A DNA stretch of 64,000 bases from Guillardia theta CCMP2712 (lineage: Eukaryota > Protista > Cryptophyta), in contig NW_005434664.1 of NCBI RefSeq assembly GCF_000315625.1, positions 295,765 through 359,764 on the forward strand, read 5' to 3'. Positions within the stretch are counted from its first letter, which is position 1, and every line of letters begins with the position of its first letter. Positions 11,422-21,595 of the stretch are shown here, piece after piece. The translations under genes were made by a program, and so were the position numbers. The notes under the pieces were generated by a model, which made no database searches, was not told the DNA's origin, and worked only from the letters and a program-made list of their open reading frames with translations.

Positions 11422-12196
11422 GTGGGGCAAGTTATTTGTTGGTTGTAAATTTTGAGTCATGAATGAAATTTATTCGGCAATGTCTATAGAAGAAGATACT
11501 GCCATTGCATTGTATGATATTCGTCATCAAGTTAGAGTAGAGAGAAATTTGCAGTGCTCATTTCAACCCAGTGCAGTATGATCGATGATTCAACTATTTA
11601 ACCCAGTGCTCTATGATCGAATGATTGAACTATCTCTCCAACGATTGTGAATTTGAATGTCTCATAGAATGGATGTTTGTGGATTGGTCCTGTACTTTGC
11701 TTTGCAGAAGCAAATCGACCTTGCAAATTCTATATTCTCTCGGATCTTTCTCAAGTGGGATTCACACGTCATCTCCCATGCGCCCTGGCTTCTTGTCGTT
11801 TCTTGCCATGCCGCTTTGAAACAAGTAGACCACAATTTTCTTCATTGCAAAGAGAAATTGTGTTTTGTAATAAGGGTGAACTGCATCTCATCATCCAATG
11901 TTATGAAGCAGTCAAATACTGACAGCTTCAAACTTGTGGTCTGCCCCAAGCAACGAGGAAACTGAACGAGTCTCTTAGCGTCGACTGTCGTGTGCTTGCA
12001 GCTTCCTTGCAATCGATGCCCATAGCCATCACCATGTCTCGAAGGTACATCGTTCGAGACGGGCCGAGAAATAGAGCAGTTTGGACATTTGCTTTCCCCT
12101 TCATCGTCAAAAGCAAAGAGCTCGAAGAAGCATCATACCGTACATTGTTTTATTTTCCCGAGCTTTCATCCTAGCTCCTCTCTCTATCTCCTTCTG

Positions 12197-12541
12197 TCAA
12201 TCTCCCGCCAGATCTATTCTCAGCCATCGCCCTCCCTCGCAGCTTCTCAAGCTCCCTTGCTGGTCGATGGATGGTGAGCTCGGGCTCTGCTTAGACAGCA
12301 CCAGCCATGGGTATCCTCCGCCTTGTAGTATCCGTCCTTGCAGATCGATCGAGGGCCTTGCACATGAGGTGATGTTTGTGGATGAGCACGGATGAACGTC
12401 TGCATGCGACGAGTTTTGCAATCCAGCAGAAGCGAAGTATGATCTATCCGAACGTGACGCCTCGTTGCCTTCGCAGCTAGCGTGAACACCAGGGTGACGA
12501 GATTCTGAGCAGTGGCAGACCTGAGTCATTGAGCTGCACAT
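12197..12541 (-). CDS. Microprotein of SIDxxG-repeat family, copy B' (114 aa, Met-Cys start)
   Basis: MCSSMTQ...RPSIDLQGRILQGGGYPWLVLSKQSPSSPSIDQQGSL; intronless. Confidence 0.6.
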   Translation of the reverse strand: MCSSMTQVCHCSESRHPGVHASCEGNEASRSDRSYFASAGLQNSSHADVHPCSSTNITSCARPSIDLQGRILQGGGYPWLVLSKQSPSSPSIDQQGSLRSCEGGRWLRIDLAGD

Positions 12542-12847
12542 ATGTGATGCAAGGATGAAGGAGTCTATCGGGCTCCGATCAGCCTGCAGCGCCTCCCCTG
12601 CTGCCCCCTACCTCATTGCGCGCACAAAGCAGGTGGCGATGTCTAATCATGTCTGTGGTCAAAAGTTCAGATGCTGAGGGTGGGGTGGTTGGTTTGTAGC
12701 TACAGTGTGGGGTATATTAGGTACATTTGAAGGCTATGTACACGGGTAGTGAACTCCTCTGCCGTTCATTGTGCGCTAAATGTGGGGTGGGGCTGAAGGG
12801 GGTTATGTCAGCAAGCAAAACACACCTCGTAGTTATTGTGATCCACT

Positions 12848-12968
12848 TTTACTCAAAGTTAAGTTAAAGATCAGTACGAGGACAATGACGAGAAGAGAAA
12901 AGACAGCAAGAACCAAACCTAATCCAGCCAACTGCTGTCCCCCAAACTTAACTGATACCTTCACTCAA
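12848..12968 (-). mobile_element. Dispersed short element, copy 1 (both ends present, internally shortened)
   Basis: The minus strand reads TTGAGTGAAGGTATCAGTTAAGTTTGGGGGACAGCAG...GGTTCTTGCTGTCTTTTCTCTTCTCG...TTGTCCTCGTACTGATCTTTAACTTAACTTTGAGTAAA and matches 45524-45719 and 58597-58775. Mobility is inferred from dispersal only. Confidence 0.65.
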
Positions 12969-13082
12969 CCTGAGTAAGGTCGCTCTTCACAGACAGGCTC
13001 TAATAATCATCGTGTAATAACATCGTAGATAGAATATCATGTACATGTCAAGCGGCATCATTGTGAAGACTCTGCTGTCTTG

Positions 13083-16000
13083 CTAGACAAAAGTCCCTTC
13101 CTCCAGGCGAAGTCGCCTCATGGCCTCCTCCTTTACCTTACTATTCCCAGTAGCCTTTGCTTCCCCGCCGCTCCGAGCAGCAGCCGGGCTGCCTGCAATG
13201 TCGACCCATCAGCTGGATGAAACTTTGAGGAGGAGGTCAAAGACCGTGAAGCAACTCAGCCCTTGTATCGGTGAAGCTGAGACCGAGCTGAAGGGAGCAG
13301 CATGCGTCACCCGAAGGACCGGAACGTGCGGAGACAGCGGGAGGAAGAGGAGGAGTCACCTCGGACAAGGCGGGTGCGGGCAGGTGAATTGTGTCGAGCT
13401 GGCTCTTTCATGCTGAACGACCCAGCGGTGAGACATCAGCGTCGAGCAGTAGCTACCGTCTCACCACTCGTGCATGCAGGCGAGGATGGCGGCATGGCTC
13501 TGCTTGAACTTGTGCTCGCGTTCCAGTCGCCCCCTCTCAGCCTCCATCAGGCCGGTGGCCTAGCAAGAGACAATGAGGTCTGAGTGAAGCTTTGCTCCTC
13601 GACTTGCCTGCTTCTGTAGGCATGCCAACTCCTTGTTCGCTTCCTCAAGCTTCTGCTCGGTAAGTCTGACAAAGCATGAGTGCATGGAGGGCGATAGGAA
13701 GAACTCGGTACTTGTAGAGCTCCTCCTCCTCTCTCAGCTGATTCTCCTTAGCCTGAGAAGAGTCAGCACAAGCAAACATGCTGTTGGCAAGGAAAGTACC
13801 TTCCGTTGTGCTTCCAGCTCTCTCCGAGCTACCTTGAGCTGCTCCACTCTCTCGCTCTCTCGCTTCTTCTCTCTGCATGGAGGACTGAGTTTGCTAGACG
13901 TGGGCAAGGCTGTGACCTGAACAGCTCCGCGTCCAACGCTCTCTCCCTCTCTAGTGCTCTGCCAAAGTAGAATCTGGTCAAGGAGGGGAGGGAGCAGGGA
14001 GACGAGAAGGATACGGGGACAAGGCAAAGGTGATATGCAACTGGAGGGGACGGATAGAGATTGAAAGAGAGGGAAATGGAGAATGAAAGAGGACGAGGAC
14101 GAGGACGAGGGCGAGGATGAGGGCGAGGACGAAGTGATCACTTCAGCTTGTCCATCTCCGTCTCTTTTAACTTCTGCTGAGCCTGCAAGATTTTCTGCCG
14201 TCACTCTCTGCCTTCAAGAGCATGTCGACCTCACATCTTCTCTTGCCCCCCGCGCCAGGGAAAGCTCGGCTTCTACTTTCGAGAGCTGGGCAACGTGATA
14301 GTGAGGAGGAGAAGAGGAAGGGGGTGGTAAGAAGAGCAGAACCTGATCTCCTATCACTTGCATCCTCTCTTTCAGCGCCTGCAAGACGGTCAGAGGAGAG
14401 ACACAGCGATGCAATATAGGGGCAACCTGAGCCAGCTCGTCTTCTGTCTCAAGAAGTTTCTGGAGTTTCAAGATTGTCAGCACGAACAGGCAGACAGGCA
14501 GGCTGGCAGGCTGAAGGGCTGGCAAGCGAGCGAACATAACACAAGAGATTCGAGTCCTCTTCAGCGGCAGCTCAGACTGGTTGCTTACTTGCACTCTGGC
14601 ATTCTCAGACTCCAGATGCGCGAGTGTGTCTTCAAGTTGCCTGCCCCATTTCAACTTAATATCAGAAACATCGGAGCCACTGCTCGACCTCTCCCTCTGG
14701 ACGGCCTCTTGCTGCGTCATCAACGCGTAAGGAAGCAGCCACAACAACGAGCAAGGCTGAGGAACCTTCAGCACGTCAGCCTCCTTTCCGATCCGCTCCA
14801 TCTGTAGCAGCAGCTCCTGCTCCCTCTGGATGCCGAGGCGTCAGCAGCGACCGGAACGGGGGAAGCAGACAGTGACGATGGGGACTCACAGCCTTGTACT
14901 GCAACTCGTCGGCCTCGTGGGCCCTGCCGACGGTCTCAGCACAGGAGGAGGCAACAGGAAAGCGTCACTTCTGCTCCTTGTGGAGCTTCTCCTCCCAGGC
15001 CTTCTGCTCTGCTCTGATCCTCTGCCATCCAGCATCAGCTGTGCTGCCGCCCAGCTGGGCCTGCGGCACCTCCTTGAGAGTCTCGAGATGTTGTTGCCGG
15101 CCCTCGCTTTCCCCCTCCAACTCGCTCAGCTGCCTCTGGAGCTGCTCTAGCGCGTAAAAGAAACTATCAAGAGCTCCCTTGTGGCCGTCACCTCAGTGTT
15201 CTTGTCTCGCAGCTCATGCAGGACTTGCTCGCTGTCTTGGTATGACTGCTCCGCCTGCCGCAAGACGCTCGGAGGACATCAGGGAGGGGCAAGGCTCGGA
15301 CCTCAGCGACAGATTGCATCAGCTGCTCGTTTTCAGCCTGCACACTCGAGTCAGAGCAGAGCTCAGGGGCTCGACTGCCTTGCCTCCAGGTTCCGAAGCT
15401 GCTCCTCCGCCACTTGCTTCCTCGTCATGACTGCCAGGGAAACTGAGTGACACGGCCTCGCCCTCTGGTGCTGAGCGACCTTCTTGGTTCTTCGCCTGCA
15501 GCTCCCGCTCGGACTTCTACCATGGCCATCGAACGTCAACAGACGGCACAGGGGGCAGGAGCTGGAAAGCACCTCCTCCTGCTTCAGCTCTTCCTCCAGC
15601 TGCTGTCTCCGCATCTACCGGTCAGGAAGTCAGACACGAAGGAGGGGAGGGGGGGGGTTGTATGACCTCGAGGCTTCTGATGCTGAGCTCCTCCTCCTCC
15701 TTCGACTTCTGGTGATCCTCAAGTCTCTGAGAAGGAGAGGGTTGAGAAGACCTGAGACCAACACAGAGGAGGAGAGAACGGAAGCAACAGGAGCAGGGCA
15801 GGGCAGGGCAGGGGCAGAGGCAAAAGAGTGTCAGGACCTGCTCGATGAGACGAAGAAGCTCTGCCTCCTCTGCCTCAGCAGCAGATCGTTCTAACTGTGT
15901 CCTCCCGCATCAGCGGGAACCAGAAGCAAGGAGGCGGGGGGGCGGGGGCGTACCACGAGGGCTTGCAAGCGAATTTCAAGCTCGCCTTTCTGACCTTGTG

Positions 16001-18400
16001 TCCTCTGGGATCAACATCAGCCAATTCGACCTCTCCTCCTCCATGTCAAGGTCGCCATGAGCTGAAGAAGCGACTTCTACACCATCGAGGTACATGGGGG
16101 TATATGCTGTCGTCCTCACCTGGAGCGACTCTTCTGCCGACCTCAGCTTGTCTTGCGCCTGGCTCAGGAGCATCTCCAATCTCTTGGCTTCCTGTGGACC
16201 TGCGTCAACATCGACAGCGTCCCTCGCTGTTATCTCACTTCTTCGTCCTGCTGCTGCTGCACTTGTTCCTGGCATGAACCTCAGTCACGATGCTCGAGCC
16301 GAGGGTTCACACACCCTCCTCAACTTGATCTCCAACTGCTTCCTCTCCTCCTCCTCCTCTGACAGAGAGTTCTGCAAAAACCTCTTCAGCACCGCCCCCA
16401 TCATTCACAGTAGACAAAGCTGCATCCGGCCCACGAGCCCTTCGCTGAAAAGGAGGAGCCAAACTGACCGTGAGGATTCTGAGTTGCTCTTCTGCACTCG
16501 CCACCAACGACCTCATCCGCTGGTGTCAAACGAGTGTCAGCAACCATAACGGGACGAGGCAGCATGTCACTTTGACTTCTTCTCCCTCTTTGTTGGCCTG
16601 ACAATACAGTCAAAATCCCAACTCCTTCTCCTCTTACCAGCTCGCTCCCACCAGACTCTCAGTGGCCTGAAGCTTCTGGCGTAGCCCGGACAGCTCTTGC
16701 TCCGCTTGCACCTGCCGAGCGCCTCACTCCTCCTCGCAGTCGTCGGCAGCAAGGAGCTTCAGCACAGAGCATGCAAGCTCACAAGCGAGGATCTTAGCTG
16801 CTCTGCATCTTTCTGGATTTGTGCTTTCGCCTGCAGGCAGGTCAAACTCGAGAACTGGCGGAGGGTCCGCAGCAGCTACCTGCAGCTGGTTGAAGAACTC
16901 CTGGTTGGCCCTCATCAGGGAGATCTGCTGATCGTCAGCTACGAGCAGTAGATCCCAGCACCCAGCTAGCACCCAGCACCTCGTAGAAGGCGACCTGACC
17001 CTCACCGTCCTCTCGCCGGAACCCCAACTTGACAAACGTACCAACCTGCACGCCCGTCAGCCTCGACCGCTGCAGCGCCAGCCGGGTCAGCAAGAGCTAC
17101 CTCTCCTATGATGAGCGAGCGCAGGAGGTGAATCGCCGAGCCTGGAACCCGCTGCTCATTCACGCTCTTGTGATTCAAATCAGACTTCGACGTACAGGGC
17201 AGCAAGTAGCCCTACCACGAGGAAGTCTCCGATCTTTACTGTCCCTTCTCGGTCCGCTGAGCTTCCCTGCCGTTCATGGTCACCTTACACGTTTCGCCTC
17301 TCACTCTCCGCGGGAGCCATATGGGAAGCCACACTCCCGGTTTGAAGGAACGGGGCTGAAAGAACAACTAACACTTCAATACCGGGATGATCGACTTGAC
17401 AAAGATCTTGTCCAAGTCTGCCACAAGGTCCTCAGTGCTTCATCTCAACACACGGCAGTTCGAACCCTCCGGCGTTTGCTGGAAGTAGATACCAACTCCA
17501 GCTTGACTTGGATCAGATTCAGAAACCTAATCGTCCCATTAGTCTATATTGCACTCAGTTTGTTCCCCTTACCCCTGTCATCGTTGTGGTGGCAGCAGTC
17601 TGACGGAAGAGCTACGATCTCTGTGAGAAGATTCTACGAGGGACTGAGACGTTGCCTGTGGCGAAGAGGACCTATGCCCTCGAGATGGTGAGAAATTTGA
17701 GTTGTACGCTACAGGCGATGATTGCTGGCACAAATCGTCAAGGAAGTCAACGGACACGCTGGCATGATTGAAGGGTCGTATCAAGACCCTGAGCAGGTTC
17801 CAATTCCGACAAGTTCGCGACATTTCACGGACAGCAGCGTTTCCTTCACACGTCCAAGAGCAGGGAAAGGAAAGTGCAGGTACCTGCATCGCCTTTGTTG
17901 GGGAGGGAGACATGTTGGGGGACATGGGTGACGGAGAAGCCATCATCCTCGTAGCTGGAGACCGATACTGCTCAAACAGTGTCAGATGCAGTGAGCTCAG
18001 AAATAAGGGGAGGAGAGCAAGCATGCGCTGTGAAAAATGGGCGAGGGTCCTCCTACTGACTGATCCGTTCTCTCCTGTAAGCTGAGATGGACTTGCCTGG
18101 ACAAATCCTTGCGATGCAGCAGGGATGCTCGAAGACATCGGAACGTGCGCAGTGGTCAGAAGAGGAGGGCCTTGTTGCTGCATCGAAGTCAGGAGGAAGA
18201 TTGATCTGAGCATGTGCATGGGTGGAGAGCAGACGACAGGGACGTAGGTAACAGAACATGGCAACACTGACGGGCAGACGTAAGAGAAGAGGAGACGAGA
18301 TAGGAGATGATCGGAAGATGACTGAGAGCAAGTGAAGAAGGAGGAAGGGCATGTCAATCCGCCGGCATGATCCCTGGCTTGCTCCGCGCGGGTACGACAT
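13083..18400 (-). CDS. PDZ-domain, long coiled-coil protein (many introns)
   Basis: Spliced exons at about 17000-17510 give AGVGIYFQQ...IFVKSIIP|GSSADREGTVKIGDFLV|SVNEQRV...LRSLIIGE|VGTFVKLGFRR, a PDZ signature. They are preceded by Ser/Pro-rich exons and followed by E/K/Q/R heptad exons ending EEGTFV*. Confidence 0.7.
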
Positions 18401-18645
18401 AGCCTACCGACCTGCATGGGCTCTTATCGGGAAGTCCCTTGAAAGGGAGGGGTACTATTTCTCAAGTAAGAATGAGGGGTAGTGGAACTTAAGTTTGGTT
18501 GAGCCCGTAAGTTGCGTAAGGCCGCGGCTGCTGCCGGCCCGGACGCCCGGAGCCCGGCCCGGCCCAGGCCGGGCCGGCCGACTCAGTGAGTGACTACGCA
18601 ACTTTACTAGTTGAACTTCCGAAGGCGACTGTGAGTCAGGGTGGT

Positions 18646-18688
18646 TGATTGTCCTCGTACTGATTTTTAACTTAACTTTGAGTAAAGA
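18646..18688 (+). mobile_element. Dispersed short element, copy 2 (right end only)
   Basis: TGATTGTCCTCGTACTGATTTTTAACTTAACTTTGAGTAAAGA; a possible left-end remnant TTAAGTTTGG lies at 18489-18498. Confidence 0.6.
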
Positions 18689-18843
18689 ACACAACCTGCA
18701 GCTTTAGAATGCGGCTAGTCGACATAGGGGAAGGGGAGGGGATAGAGTGAGGAGGAGAGGAGGAGGAAGAGGGGGGAGGGAGGCGTCGAGCTGCTTCCTT
18801 ACCCAAAGATGCTCTTCACAGCTCTCATGCTGCAGCCTTGCTC

Positions 18844-21128
18844 ATGGTAGACAGGGTTGAAAGCGCTGCCGGGAACCGCGGGGACCAGCAGGTGCAGATG
18901 CGAAGACAAGGACAAGTGACACTTCTCCTCCTCCACATCCTCCTCCTGTCATGGCCCGAGACCAGCTTCACGACATGCGGGAACGCGAGGCAGGTGGTGG
19001 CAGAGGACAAGGACGCCCTGAGGAGGCTTCAGAGAGTGACCATGGTGCTGAGAGACGCGCATGGGAGCATGAGGAGCATCCTCCCCGCCTCGTTCCTCAA
19101 CGAGGTGGCAGACAGGAGCCACGACATGCCTCCATGGATGAACGTAAGTGATCGGCCGGAGCAGGGGGTCGATCGGGGGGCCGCCAACTGCAGCTCGAGG
19201 AGCCTCCTGGTGAAGGAGTTCCGGGCGAGTGACTTTGTGGGAGGAGTCAGCATGCAGGACCAGGGCCCGTCGAGGAGGTATCAGCTCAAGACGCTGCTTG
19301 CCCTCGTCAAGGCACAGATCCCTCCCCTGGCTGTCGACGACTCCACCAGATCTCTGCAGTACGGGGCAGGAGCAAGAGACTCGCTGGCAAACGTCCAAGA
19401 TCCAGGGAGAGCATGCTCCCGTCCCTTTTGGATCCCACACCTCGTTGACGTCCCGATGCGCACAGTGTTCCAGAGGCTGGTGAGACATTGTTGTTGCTTC
19501 TCTTCCACAGCAGTGAGACAGGAGCTGTAGAGAACTTGTGCCTCGGCGAAGCCCGAGCTCGAGCAGCAGATCGAGGAGGCCAACAACAAGATTGCCGGCA
19601 TGACGGAGGAGGATCGCCACAGTGCTCGAGCGTTGGCGAAACGTCTGTGCTGTCTGTACCTTGACCTTGCAGGCGTGTAGAAGGCAGCTTCTCTGATGCT
19701 CCCGCTCATGCCCTCCTGCAGGAATCTGTGAGCTCGTGGGATCCTGGAAGGTTCATGTCGTCCGAGGGGAAGGGGTGGCGCAGCAGTCCTGGGCAAGAGA
19801 GGCTCAGTTCTGCTATCAGGCTGCAGCGAAGATCGCAGAGGAATACAGGTGGAGAGGAGTGTGTAGAGGAATGAAGAGGAGGATGTGAGTGTTGGTTCAA
19901 GGCGGTGGTTGCGAAGGAGAGCAGTAATGAAGAATATGGTAGTCATTAAGATTCTATACTGTAGGAAGGAGAAGAGCAAGGATGGGAAGATGGGAAGATG
20001 GGAAGATGGGAGGATGACAGAGGAGCCTATGAGAATGAGGGAGAAAGTGTGGATGTAGGGGATTGTTGTGCCCACGTTGGCGTTACAAGTGGAGGTGAAG
20101 ATTTTCCTATCTGACCAGTTCGCTGCCCAGGTTCTCCGACCTGTACAAACTTTCCACCTGCCTCAAGTCTCAGCTTGCCTGCTTCATCGCAGCTCAGGTA
20201 CCCCCGAGAGCCTCCGCTGCTGGAGTTGTGAGAGCCCTGCAGTTCGGGGGAGAGGGGCCGGGATGGCTGTCGGGCCCAACGGAGCTCAAACTCGAGCATG
20301 TAAGAAGGCTGCGATGAGATATCAGTGCAGCAGCAAGGTAACTTGACCAACAGGATCTGAACGAAGTGAAGAGTTCAACGGGTTCGGGCCTCCAGCCTCT
20401 CAGTGACGGGAGCTGCGACCGGAAGGACCAGTCCCCTCCAAAGTTACTGTGTTACGACCGTTTGACGGTCACGGGAAAGACGCTGACCAAGAGTGCGAGA
20501 GCGGAACCGACGGCAAGCCCGAGGTCAGGGCTGCCTTGCTGTGCGAAGGGAATCTGAACGTGTGCGGAGGGAAAGAGTCTCAAGAGCAAGACGACGATCT
20601 GTGAAGGGCGGGAACGAGACGTCGTTGGAGCAGTCGGGGTGCAGGGAGATCTCCCCGACGACTTTCGTCCGACATGTCTTTTCGGTGTATCAGGAGCATC
20701 AAACGAGTGAGATGTACAGCAAGAGAGCGGACAGGCTGGACCTGGACGAGAAGGAGGAGGAGGAGGAGGAGGAGGGGGAGGAGGAGGAGGCCGAAGATGA
20801 GTTTCATGGGTATGAACTGAAGGAGGCCATCGGGGCAGGAGCGTACGGAGAGGTCTGGCTTGCTACACATGAGGAATGGGAGGGAGAGAAGGGGGAAGAA
20901 GGGGAGGAGGATGGAGGAGGGGAGGAATTTCCCCATGCAGATCAGTTCGTGCTGAAGAGATTGTACGTTGAGAAAGGGCAGGTGAGAGAGGAGCTGGGGT
21001 CGAAGTTGTGATATGACGACTGGCTACTGCTGCAGGAGATACGACTGAGCGGGATGAGGGAGGTAGGCAAGAGGGAGGAGATAATGGTTGGATGAAAACG
21101 TTGATGACAATGACAATGATCATGTTGA

Positions 21129-21173
<45 letters not shown>

Positions 21174-21553
21174 CGGAAGAGGGATAGCGAGGAGAGCAAG
21201 GGGAGGGGAGGGCTAGAGGAGGGAGACGAGTAGGAGAGAAAGAAACGATGAGCTCAAACTTCCTCAGGTGCATTTTGGACTTCAATTGGCCGGGATACCG
21301 CACGTCTGCAGATTCATCGAGTCCTTCGAAGAGCATGCAAACGAAAATGTGACGGAGCTTTGGTTGGTGAGTGACGATGAGAGATAAGATGAGTGTGGAT
21401 GTGGCTGAGGTGGTAGAGGAGGTGATGGGTATGATGCGGGGGGAGGGGGCGGACGAAGACCAGCGAGCAGGAGTGGACAAGGAGCAGGAGTGGACAAGGA
21501 GCAGGAGCAGAGAAGAGGAGCAGGAGCAGAGAGGAGGAGCAGGAGCATAGAGG

Positions 21554-21595
<42 letters not shown>

